64,000 nt of DNA, from positions 18,440 through 82,439 of the forward strand of contig JAZRYJ010000011.1 of NCBI GenBank assembly GCA_045600635.1, read 5' to 3'. Below, piece by piece: positions 18,750 to 27,572 of the stretch (its first letter is position 1; each line of letters begins with the position of its first letter). The position numbers were made by a program, and so were the translations under genes. The stretch is from Candidatus Methanarcanum sp. (GTDB lineage: Archaea > Thermoplasmatota > Thermoplasmata > Methanomassiliicoccales > Methanomethylophilaceae). The notes under the pieces were generated by a model. It saw only the letters and a program-made list of their open reading frames with translations, did no database searches and was not told the DNA's origin.

Positions 18750-20474
18750 TTACTTCTTAGCCTTGATTACTACGAACGCCAATGCGAACAATGCGAGCAC
18801 GACAGCAATTATGGCTGCAATGAACAATATGTTCTGATTGATTGGCTCTTCCTGTTCGGGTTCAGGTGTAGGTTCCGGTGTCGGATGATCGGACCATTTG
18901 GCATATATATCTGTGCTATCCTTGAAGACATGAGATTGAGTTACCAGAATATCATCTTCTGTGTACCAACCATCGAACACCATTCCTTCGCATTCAGGAA
19001 CAGGGAGCTCGTCTATCAGCATCCCTCTGTCATCCGTTACCATATATGCAAGTTCGACAGTCGCTCCTTCACCAGGTATCAATTTTATTTTGTAGCTTAC
19101 GTGCATCGTACAATCTTTTGGAATTCCTGATGGGCCACTCGGCCATAAGTCTGGATTCGGCGTATAGAATTCACGCACGTTACCATTACATAACCAGTCA
19201 GTGGTCGAACCACTTGGTATGTCTGTCGCATAACACAGTATTTTTTCAAGTCTTATACAGCCTTTAAACATTTCCTGATAACATCCAACAACATTTCCCC
19301 ACCAATCTTCTTTCACAATTAACTTTTCAGCTGGAAGAACTACCACGACAGATAAATTTTCACATCCATTGAACATCCCTTTATAACAACTGAACTTAAG
19401 ATCCGTAGCGGGAAGTTCCAATATTGGTACATCTAATGTTTTGTTTCCATATGCAAGCAAAGACAAGTTATTATCTGCAAGAATACTTGATTCCTGTACA
19501 GAAACAAGTTTGGTGCAACCATCGAACATCTGACAATAACAACATTCTGCAATATCTGTAGCTGGAAGTACTGGCATCGTTATTAAACTAGTACAATTCA
19601 TGAACATCATGTTGTAACAATATTCTGTAAGTTCCATGGCTGGAAGTATCGGCGCATGAACCAAAGATGTGCAACTAGTAAACATACTGCTATAACAATA
19701 AGGTGCAAGTTCTGTTACAGAAAAACTCATTCCTGAAATATCAATTAATGACGAACATCCGGCGAACATAGAATTATAGCAACTGCTTGCAAGTTTTGTC
19801 GGTGTAATACTTGGTGCTTTTTCCAAATCTTCACAACCAGAAAACATTTCATCGCAACAATTATCTGCAAGCCTTGTAGCCTTGATTATAGGGGCTTTCT
19901 CTAAATGTGTTTGATAAAACATATACATGTAACAATAATTTTCAAGTACAGTAGAAGGAAGTACCAGATTCGATGCATCAATCGGAATTTTATCCAAATA
20001 GCCACAAGAAGAGAAAAGAGATTTGTAACAATAAGGCGTCAGATTGTTAGAAAAATTGATCATACTGTTGACATTTCCTGATAAGAACACCTCACCGCCA
20101 TTATCATTCGTTGTTTTATTCATTCTAAATTGGAAATAACTACTATCATTACTCAACTCACATTTTTCGTTGATGTTTTTGATATAAAGTGATTCTCCGC
20201 TCTGTAACGTCAGATCAGATGGCTCAGCATCATCCCATGGAATCCATCCTTCGTTAATCCTCCATATTTGAATATTAATATCGGAAAGCTCACCAAATGG
20301 TATTTCATAATCGATTTTTACCGTACAATCCTGTGCAGTAAAACACAAGGGATTGCCTTCTGGTGTATCAGACACATCGGCTGAATTAACCGGGACGAAA
20401 CATACCAATGTTACTGTTCCTACGATCGCACATAACATGAATGCCGTCGCCAAAATCATTCTTTTATCCATCAT
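18750..20474 (-). CDS. Adhesin-like surface protein: signal/TM, Cys-rich LRR-like repeats, InlB-B-like repeat, Pro-rich linker, C-terminal TM anchor
   Basis: About 8 copies of LPAxxLxxxCYxxMFxGCxxL; P..EGMVFDGWY...IYAKW; PTPEPTPEPE; hydrophobic tail + KAKK; visibly AT-richer than its flanks. Confidence 0.85.
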   Translation of the reverse strand: MMDKRMILATAFMLCAIVGTVTLVCFVPVNSADVSDTPEGNPLCFTAQDCTVKIDYEIPFGELSDINIQIWRINEGWIPWDDAEPSDLTLQSGESLYIKNINEKCELSNDSSYFQFRMNKTTNDNGGEVFLSGNVNSMINFSNNLTPYCYKSLFSSCGYLDKIPIDASNLVLPSTVLENYCYMYMFYQTHLEKAPIIKATRLADNCCDEMFSGCEDLEKAPSITPTKLASSCYNSMFAGCSSLIDISGMSFSVTELAPYCYSSMFTSCTSLVHAPILPAMELTEYCYNMMFMNCTSLITMPVLPATDIAECCYCQMFDGCTKLVSVQESSILADNNLSLLAYGNKTLDVPILELPATDLKFSCYKGMFNGCENLSVVVVLPAEKLIVKEDWWGNVVGCYQEMFKGCIRLEKILCYATDIPSGSTTDWLCNGNVREFYTPNPDLWPSGPSGIPKDCTMHVSYKIKLIPGEGATVELAYMVTDDRGMLIDELPVPECEGMVFDGWYTEDDILVTQSHVFKDSTDIYAKWSDHPTPEPTPEPEQEEPINQNILFIAAIIAVVLALFALAFVVIKAKK

Positions 20475-20605
20475 ATCGCTCCTACAGCCAACATATCATC
20501 GGCCATTGCTGTCTGCATAATATGGAAGCGGCAATAAATAGTCTCCCGTGCCGACACAAAAAATCCTTGGTCAATGTATATATGTGTGCTGATGATTGTC
20601 ATCAT

Positions 20606-20986
20606 ATGGGTCTGTTTTCCAAAGCATCCGATGAGGAATACAAGATGGTCATCGTAATGAGGAACGACCTCAAGATGTCCAAAGGGAAGATTGCAGCTCA
20701 GGCTTCCCATGCAGCAGTGAACTGCGCCTTCGCTTCCAAAAAGAAGGATCCGAAAGGATTCGACAGATGGTATTCTGACGGTCAGAAGAAAGTCGTTCTC
20801 AAAATAGACTCTTTGGAGGCATTATACGAGATAAAAGCAATCGCGGATGCTAACAACATCGTAAATTCAGTAATCACAGATGCCGGGAGAACAGAAATCC
20901 CTTCGGGCTCAGTCACATGTATCGGATTAGGTCCCAATGCCGAATCTGTACTAGATAAAATCACTGGCGATCTGCCGATGCTCTGA
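20606..20986 (+). CDS. pth2: Peptidyl-tRNA hydrolase, archaeal/eukaryotic type
   Basis: KMVIVMRNDLKMSKGKIAAQASHA, GQKKVVLK, DAGRTEIPSGSVTCIGLGP; ATG 20606 preferred. Confidence 0.96.
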   Translation: MGLFSKASDEEYKMVIVMRNDLKMSKGKIAAQASHAAVNCAFASKKKDPKGFDRWYSDGQKKVVLKIDSLEALYEIKAIADANNIVNSVITDAGRTEIPSGSVTCIGLGPNAESVLDKITGDLPML

Positions 20987-21605
20987 TCTTGGCTTGAGAT
21001 ATCACATCTTTCAAAAATTTCGTCGCTGATACAATATCTTTCTGAGATGCGACTGCAGATACAACGGCGACACCGTCCGCACCTGCTTCGATGATCTCAT
21101 CTACATTATCTGCACCTATGCCGCCGATTGCAATTACCGGCACATTAACATTTTTAACTATTTCCTTCAATGTTTCAATGCCGTGTCCGTGACCTGCATC
21201 GAATTTGGTCTTCGTATCGAATATCGGACTCAATGCGACATATGTCGCACCTTCTGATTCTGCTCTGATTGCTTCTTTAACACTACCTACAGAAACACCG
21301 ATTATGAAGTCCTCAGATACCATTTTTCTGATATCTGGCACAGACATGTCATCTTGACCTACATGTACTCCGTCCGCACCTGAACATAACGCTATGTCAA
21401 CATTATCATTGACAATGAATGTTCTTCCCATCTCCCTGGAATATTCCGATATCTCTTTGGCCCACATCAAGAATCTGGGATCATCATTCTTAACACGGAG
21501 TTGAACAATATCAGCACCGCCGTCATATGCACGTTTGGCAACATCAACATGTGACAGCCCATTGGAGATTCTGTCATCTGTCACAACGTAAAGATCATAT
21601 TTCAT
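20961..21605 (-). CDS. thiE: Thiamine-phosphate synthase
   Basis: LYVVTD, VQLRVK, IVNDNVD, GVHVGQDD, SPIFDTKTK, AIGGI. Confidence 0.96.
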   Translation of the reverse strand: MKYDLYVVTDDRISNGLSHVDVAKRAYDGGADIVQLRVKNDDPRFLMWAKEISEYSREMGRTFIVNDNVDIALCSGADGVHVGQDDMSVPDIRKMVSEDFIIGVSVGSVKEAIRAESEGATYVALSPIFDTKTKFDAGHGHGIETLKEIVKNVNVPVIAIGGIGADNVDEIIEAGADGVAVVSAVASQKDIVSATKFLKDVISQAKIRASADRQ

Positions 21606-22384
21606 ATCCTTTCCATCCTGAGCCTGGCATTAAGATCGGCCCCGGAAAGATTGTAAACGGAATCCATAAGTTTCTGTTTGAATGTTCCAGGCCCTTCAGA
21701 ATTCTTCACAAGTTCTGAAGCAATTGTGAATGCTGATATGGCAGATGCAACGGAATTCATATTAACACCGTGTGTACCGACGTAGCATCCTACAACCGAG
21801 GACACCATGCACCCTGTACCAGATATCTTATTCAATATCGGATTTCCATTCTTTAAAATGAATATGCTGCGTCCGTCTGATACATAATCGATCTGTCCTG
21901 TCATTCCGACTACAGCATTCGTTTTTGCGGCAAGCGCCAGAGCAGCATCGCCTTTGTTTACCGTCCCTGAATCCACACCTCTGACCTTGGCATTGAATCC
22001 TGCAAGTGCGGATATCTCCCCGGCATTCCCTTTGATCACATCGATTTTAACAGCAGAAATGATGTCCTTCACAACATCGACCCTGTATGATGTGGCACCT
22101 GCACCCACAGGATCAAGAACGATCGGGATGTGATTCTCATTAGCTACTTTTCCTGCCTCGATCATCAGATTCTTCGTATCATCATTGACGGTACCGATAT
22201 TCAGCACCAATGATGATGACTGCGATACCATCTCCGATGCATCCTCGATCGCATCCACCATCACCGGCGAACCGCCCGAACACAGTGTAATGTTCGCACA
22301 GTCATTCACTGTAACATAATTGGTTATGTGACAGACTAGCGGCTTATTACTCCATACGCCTGTCATCATATCTCCAAGTGCCAT
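21602..22384 (-). CDS. thiM: Hydroxyethylthiazole kinase
   Basis: PLVCHITNYVTVNDCAN, LNIGT, LDPVGAGAT, KGNAGEI, GTGCM; start at 22384 (the ORF-track extension overlaps thrS). Confidence 0.95.
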   Translation of the reverse strand: MALGDMMTGVWSNKPLVCHITNYVTVNDCANITLCSGGSPVMVDAIEDASEMVSQSSSLVLNIGTVNDDTKNLMIEAGKVANENHIPIVLDPVGAGATSYRVDVVKDIISAVKIDVIKGNAGEISALAGFNAKVRGVDSGTVNKGDAALALAAKTNAVVGMTGQIDYVSDGRSIFILKNGNPILNKISGTGCMVSSVVGCYVGTHGVNMNSVASAISAFTIASELVKNSEGPGTFKQKLMDSVYNLSGADLNARLRMERI

Positions 22385-22480
22385 ATCCCTTCCATCGTCA
22401 TTCAATTTATAAAGTATAGTGTTCGCAACAGCGGTTTCGGACTCCCCAACTATTAATAGGACAATGGGTATGGCTGACAC

Positions 22481-22509
22481 AATCACTACCCGTTTGTAGA
22501 GGGATGATT
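22481..22509 (+). promoter_or_regulatory. Putative tRNA-Thr anticodon-mimic hairpin in the thrS leader
   Basis: AATCA/TGATT and CCC/GGG stems enclosing the 7-nt loop TTTGTAG; TATTAATA box at 22451-22458; ATG at 22514. Confidence 0.35.
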
Positions 22510-22513
22510 CTAG

Positions 22514-24280
22514 ATGAAAGCACTTTATAGCGATGGCAGAGTAGAAGAATGTACTGAAGAGAATGAACTGAAAACGATGAGACATACAGCCTCTCACATC
22601 ATGGCACAGGCTGTTCAGAGACTCTACCCTGGCACAAAATTGGCCATCGGTCCGGCTATCGACGATGGTTTCTATTATGACTTCGACAAGGAAGGCGGAT
22701 TCACACCCGATGACCTTGAAAAGATCGAAGCTGAGATGAAGAAGATCGTCAAAGAGAACCTCAAATTGGAGACATATACACTCCCGAGGAATGAAGCGAT
22801 CGAATACATGAAAGGAAGAGGAGAGATCTACAAAGTGGAACTCATCGAAGACCTTCCTGAGGATGCATCCATCAGCTTCTATAAGCAGGGTGAATTCACT
22901 GATCTCTGTGCAGGTCCGCATGTCACATACACCAAAGCAGTGAAAGCATTCAAACTCACGTCTCTCGCAGGCGCATACTGGCGTGGTAACGAGAAGAATA
23001 AGATGCTCTCAAGAATATACGGTACGGCATTCCAGGACAAAGAAAAGCTTGATGAATACCTTACAAAACTTGAGGAGATCAAAAAGAGAGACCACAGGAA
23101 ATTGGGCAAAGAACTGGGATTGTTCATGCTACTCGATGAAGGTCCTGGATTCCCGTTCTTCCTTCCCAAGGGCATGGTGCTCAAAAATGTCCTTATCGAT
23201 TATTGGAGAAAGATCCATCAGAGGGAGAATTATCTTGAAGTGTCCACCCCCCTAATCATGAGAAGACAACTCTGGGAACAGTCAGGGCATTGGGATCACT
23301 ACAAGGACAACATGTACACCACTGTAATCGAGGAAGAGGACTACTGTATCAAACCCATGAACTGTCCAGGAGGCGTTCTCGTTTACAAATCCGAACCGCA
23401 CTCATACAAAGAACTGCCGCTCAAGATCGGAGAACTCGGTATCGTCCACAGGCACGAAAGGTCGGGGACATTGCATGGTCTGATGAGAGTGAGATGTTTC
23501 ACACAGGATGATGCACATATCTTCATGACAAGGGAACAGATCACACATGAGATCAAAGAGGTCGTCAGATTGATAGATGAGGTATACTCATTATTCGGAT
23601 TCAAATATCATGTCGAACTGTCAACAAGACCAGAGGACAGCATGGGTTCGGATGAGGACTGGGAAGCAGCGACCAACGGTCTGGAATCAGCACTCAAAGA
23701 ACTCGGACTCAAATACGCTGTAAATGAAGGAGACGGTGCATTCTACGGACCTAAGATCGACTTCCATCTTGAGGATTCGATCGGAAGGACCTGGCAGTGC
23801 GGAACCATCCAGCTAGACTTCCAGATGCCGCAGAGGTTCGATATCAATTATGTCGGAACCGACGGTGAGAAACACAGGCCGATAATGATCCACAGGGTCT
23901 GTTTCGGTTCGATAGAAAGATTCATCGGAATCCTCATCGAACACTACGCAGGTAAGTTCCCAGCATGGCTGGCACCTGTTCAGGTCAAGATCCTTTCCGT
24001 TTCCGAGAAATCACGTCCGTATGCCCTGAAGGTAATGGAACAGATGAAGTCCAATGGCATCAGGTGCGAAACGGACAACAGAGATGAGAAGATCGGATAC
24101 AAGATCCGTGAGGCTCAACTTCAGAAAGTCCCATATATGCTCGTTCTCGGTGAAAAAGAGAGTGATGACGGTACGATCGTTGCTGTAAGAAGCAGGGACA
24201 AGGGAGACCTCGGTGCAGTGAATACCGACAAATTCATCTCCGACCTTCTTGAAGAGATCAGGACAAAAAAACAAGCCTGA
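22514..24280 (+). CDS. thrS: Threonyl-tRNA synthetase, bacterial type, without the N-terminal TGS domain
   Basis: RHTASH and DLCAGPH editing motifs, RDHRKLG, KPMNCP, HGLMRVRCFTQDDAH, AFYGPKID, MIHRVCFGSIERF. Confidence 0.97.
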   Translation: MKALYSDGRVEECTEENELKTMRHTASHIMAQAVQRLYPGTKLAIGPAIDDGFYYDFDKEGGFTPDDLEKIEAEMKKIVKENLKLETYTLPRNEAIEYMKGRGEIYKVELIEDLPEDASISFYKQGEFTDLCAGPHVTYTKAVKAFKLTSLAGAYWRGNEKNKMLSRIYGTAFQDKEKLDEYLTKLEEIKKRDHRKLGKELGLFMLLDEGPGFPFFLPKGMVLKNVLIDYWRKIHQRENYLEVSTPLIMRRQLWEQSGHWDHYKDNMYTTVIEEEDYCIKPMNCPGGVLVYKSEPHSYKELPLKIGELGIVHRHERSGTLHGLMRVRCFTQDDAHIFMTREQITHEIKEVVRLIDEVYSLFGFKYHVELSTRPEDSMGSDEDWEAATNGLESALKELGLKYAVNEGDGAFYGPKIDFHLEDSIGRTWQCGTIQLDFQMPQRFDINYVGTDGEKHRPIMIHRVCFGSIERFIGILIEHYAGKFPAWLAPVQVKILSVSEKSRPYALKVMEQMKSNGIRCETDNRDEKIGYKIREAQLQKVPYMLVLGEKESDDGTIVAVRSRDKGDLGAVNTDKFISDLLEEIRTKKQA

Positions 24281-24282
24281 AG

Positions 24283-24308
24283 AAGAGCGGGTCAAACCCG
24301 CTCTTTAA
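24283..24308 (+). terminator. Stem-loop after thrS
   Basis: AAGAGCGGG-TCAAA-CCCGCTCTT, perfect 9-bp stem. Confidence 0.7.
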
Positions 24309-24337
24309 AAGGATTGAAAAAAACATGAAATAATTAT

Positions 24338-25018
24338 TCACAAATACAGACCGGCCTCCGAGATGTACCTTTCAGCATCCTGGTAGAACGGGTATTTCTT
24401 CAGTTCCTCGATGTATGTTTTTGTCATCCTTCCTCCGAATGTGCTTCTCGCTTCCTTCATAATGAGATAATGATAATACACGATGTAGTCAAGCACATGA
24501 TTCGGAACTTCAGCTTTATCAAAATATGATGAAATTGCTATCGTCTTCATCAATGCAGAACAATAACCTGTTCTAGAATTGAGTTCCTCTCTTGTCCAAG
24601 AAAGGAAGACATTCTCGTCGAGATCTATCAATTCCTTATCTTTCAATCTGAGCAGACATGAATTCAGGTCCCTGAAATCCCCTTTTCCGTCCTTCCTGAG
24701 ATTCCTTGACCTCTTAAGATAGATCGGTCTTTCCTTCGTGATGAATTCATCTGATAATGCCCATTCCTTCATCGCATCGGAATAAGGCTGTTCTTTCCCT
24801 TCGATACTGGAATAGATTCTTTCTGCAAGGCTTTCAACTGCTTCCGCCGGCGCATCCATAAGGTAATCCGAGATCTGGAAGTCGATGAATTTATATCCTC
24901 TCTCCCAGAATGCTTTGAAATCTTTGAATGCGGAAAATTCTGCTGTTACGGAATCATATCCGTGCTTTTTACCAACTCTTGAAAAGATTTGGTGCATTTC
25001 CTCTTGTGTTACACACAT
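24338..25018 (-). CDS. Hypothetical protein, degenerate M48/SprT-like zincin fold
   Basis: TGYCSALMKTIAISSYFD...VLDYIVYYHYL resembles the zincin core but has no HExxH. Confidence 0.55.
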   Translation of the reverse strand: MCVTQEEMHQIFSRVGKKHGYDSVTAEFSAFKDFKAFWERGYKFIDFQISDYLMDAPAEAVESLAERIYSSIEGKEQPYSDAMKEWALSDEFITKERPIYLKRSRNLRKDGKGDFRDLNSCLLRLKDKELIDLDENVFLSWTREELNSRTGYCSALMKTIAISSYFDKAEVPNHVLDYIVYYHYLIMKEARSTFGGRMTKTYIEELKKYPFYQDAERYISEAGLYL

Positions 25019-25129
25019 TTGATTTTCTCCTGCAGTATCACAATTTCACATTGTTTGAATATAAGTCGACCTTTAACTGTAATGTAATTTCTAAATCGTA
25101 ATTTTCTTAATATAATTCAATACATTACT

Positions 25130-25516
25130 ATGGACATGTGTGAAGAAAAACTCACAGACAAAGAGATTACAGAAAAGATTCTGGCAAGTATAAAGGAACA
25201 ATATGGATTCATACCTGTCATCAATCAGATCCTTTCTCAAAGGCCGGATATCTTCGTTCCATCAGCCAATCTGTCCAAAGCTGTTCTTGAGAACGAAAAA
25301 GGAAATCTTGACAAGAAGACAAGATATCTGTGCGCAATATCAGCAGCGACGGCATCAGGCGGAGAATATTGTCTGAATGTTCAGATGGATCATGCCATCC
25401 AGTCCGGCGCTACCAAGGACGAGATCCTTGAAGCGATCGTCATCGGATCATATCTAACAATGACAAAAGCGCAGTCATACGCACTTCGTAAATTCGATGA
25501 GAAGTTCAAAGAATGA
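25130..25516 (+). CDS. Carboxymuconolactone decarboxylase / AhpD-family protein
   Basis: LDKKTRYLCAISAA....C...Q.DHA..SGATKDEILEA. Confidence 0.85.
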   Translation: MDMCEEKLTDKEITEKILASIKEQYGFIPVINQILSQRPDIFVPSANLSKAVLENEKGNLDKKTRYLCAISAATASGGEYCLNVQMDHAIQSGATKDEILEAIVIGSYLTMTKAQSYALRKFDEKFKE

Positions 25517-25560
25517 TTGGGTATTTATACGGAAATAAAAATCAGGTGAATAGTGATAGT

Positions 25561-25884
25561 ATGGTAACAATCAGCGATGATGCAGTGAAATTCATCAATG
25601 ACCTTCTTGAAAAGAACAACAAGAAAGGTTACGGAATCAAGATCTACGTCTCAGGTATGGCATGCTCAGGACCGCAGTTCGGTATGGCATTCCAAGAAAA
25701 AGCAGCTGAGGGCGAGAACGTTATCGAAGAGAACGGATTCAGTTTCTTCTGCGATGATGATACGAAGAAAGCTCTCGAACCATGTGTTATCGAGTTCGTG
25801 GATGACCCCAACTTCGGAACAGGTCTAACGATCAAGGATCCGAACGCGAAAGGCTGTGAATCCTGCGGCGGCGGATGCCACTGA
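25561..25884 (+). CDS. HesB/IscA-family Fe-S accessory protein
   Basis: VTISDDA, SGMACSGPQFGM, C-terminal GCESCGGGCH; ATG 25561 preferred. Confidence 0.85.
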   Translation: MVTISDDAVKFINDLLEKNNKKGYGIKIYVSGMACSGPQFGMAFQEKAAEGENVIEENGFSFFCDDDTKKALEPCVIEFVDDPNFGTGLTIKDPNAKGCESCGGGCH

Positions 25885-25889
25885 TAATC

Positions 25890-25920
25890 AATCCAGGGTA
25901 TCGAACCCTGGATTTACTTT
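25890..25920 (+). terminator. Stem-loop with T-rich tail
   Basis: AATCCAGGGT-ATCGA-ACCCTGGATT followed by TACTTTT. Confidence 0.7.
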
Positions 25921-25980
25921 TCAAACTTGTTCGGTGCACCTCCCCGTTTTACTTTTATACTAAAAGATTGTCAAACAATC

Positions 25981-27519
25981 ATGGCGTTCGTTTCACATCC
26001 GTTGATCGTAACTGATACGATAGAAGAACGTGCATATCAGACCAATATCGCCAACAAATGTATGGGGCAGAACACATTGGTCATATTGCCGACCGGATTG
26101 GGAAAGACGATCATCGCATTGATAATTGCAGCCAGAGTTCTTGAGAAAGAAAAGAAAGTATTGATATTGGCCCCGACGAAACCGTTAGTGGAACAACATT
26201 TCGAATCATTCTCAAAATTGCTCAGAGATATTAAGATCGGCACTATGAACGGTCTGATGAATCCGTCCAAAAGAGGTACGACAATAATTGAGAATGATAT
26301 TATCGTCACAACCCCTCAGGTCGTAAGTAACGATCTTGAGAACGGAAGATATAATCTTGATGACTTCGGATTGATTATCTTCGATGAAGCGCACCGTGCG
26401 GTCGGGAACTATGCATATGTGGATATTGCAGCAAGATACAGTCATCTCACATTGGCAATGACTGCATCTCCCGGTTCCAATATCAATAAAATGATGGAAG
26501 TCTGCAGGAATCTGGATGTCAGACATGTAGAAATGAGGACAGATGACGACCCTGATGTGTCACCGTATGTTCACGACATCTACATCAAACGTGTAACTGT
26601 CGAAATGCCTGACGATCTCAGAGATGTGATTGCTCTTCTTAATAAGATGCTAAATTCATTCCTCAATGAATTGATCAATCTAGGTTTCATGGACAGAAAT
26701 TGGCCTGCATCTACCAAACATCTGCTTGTCATCGGTAACACATTACAGACAAGATTGGCAAGAGGAGAAAAAACGGCTATGATTTTCAGAGGTCTTGTCG
26801 CACAATCTGCATCTATTAAACTAATGCATGCCATCGGTCTCGCTGAAACACAAGGCATGAGTGCGATAAGAAACTACATGATGAAGATCGATGAAGATGC
26901 CAACAAGGATAAAACAGCCAAGGCCACAAGGGAGATCTTCATAATGCCTGAATATACAGAACTCTGGAATATATTGAAGACCAGCAAGGTGGAACATCCG
27001 AAGATCTCCAGGGTCATGAGTATGGTCAGCATGAAGATCAATTCGGATGATAATACAAGAGTTATCGTATTCAGTCAATATCGTGAGACATGTGATATGC
27101 TCACTGAGAAATTATCTCGCATTAACAATGTAAGAGTTGCAAAGCTCATCGGACAATCCAACGGCGGATTGAAACAGAAAGAACAGGTATCTCTGATCGA
27201 TGATTTCCGCGATGGGAAATACAATGTTCTTGTATCCACTTCGGTCGGAGAGGAGGGATTGGATATCGCCAGCACAGACCTTGTGATATTCTATGAGCCT
27301 GTGCCATCGGCCGTAAGGACCATTCAGAGACGCGGACGTACAGGAAGAAAGAACACCGGAGAAGTGTATGTTCTGATAACCTCAGGCACAAGGGATGAGG
27401 CTTATGATAAATCCACATCTTCACAGGAAGATAAGATGAAGGAGAATATCCAAAAACTCAACTCTCTTCTGCAATTCAAACATATGTCCGTACCGGGAAA
27501 ACAGACAAAATTGATATGA
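25981..27519 (+). CDS. hef: Hef/FANCM-like SF2 helicase lacking the ERCC4 nuclease domain
   Basis: PTGLGKT, DEAH, TASPG, STSVGEEGLDI, IQRRGRTGR; ends at about 512 aa. Confidence 0.92.
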   Translation: MAFVSHPLIVTDTIEERAYQTNIANKCMGQNTLVILPTGLGKTIIALIIAARVLEKEKKVLILAPTKPLVEQHFESFSKLLRDIKIGTMNGLMNPSKRGTTIIENDIIVTTPQVVSNDLENGRYNLDDFGLIIFDEAHRAVGNYAYVDIAARYSHLTLAMTASPGSNINKMMEVCRNLDVRHVEMRTDDDPDVSPYVHDIYIKRVTVEMPDDLRDVIALLNKMLNSFLNELINLGFMDRNWPASTKHLLVIGNTLQTRLARGEKTAMIFRGLVAQSASIKLMHAIGLAETQGMSAIRNYMMKIDEDANKDKTAKATREIFIMPEYTELWNILKTSKVEHPKISRVMSMVSMKINSDDNTRVIVFSQYRETCDMLTEKLSRINNVRVAKLIGQSNGGLKQKEQVSLIDDFRDGKYNVLVSTSVGEEGLDIASTDLVIFYEPVPSAVRTIQRRGRTGRKNTGEVYVLITSGTRDEAYDKSTSSQEDKMKENIQKLNSLLQFKHMSVPGKQTKLI

Positions 27520-27572
27520 TTATATCATCACAAGAAGAAGAGGATTATATCGTCTGAATCCATCACTCATAT

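Noticed and set aside
22385-22513. TPP riboswitch upstream of thiM-thiE, or a T-box upstream of thrS
   Set aside because: No CUGAGA/ACCUGA TPP core and no GGUGGNACC T-box. The region is only 129 nt, and the thiM TATA position implies a near-leaderless transcript.
21602-22921. Long N-terminal extensions in the ORF track (thiM to 22921; also nadM from 8991, pth2 from 20441, radical SAM to 36105, ABC-methyltransferase to 38416)
   Set aside because: The extensions overlap well-supported neighbouring genes and show no family similarity; downstream starts match the family N-termini.
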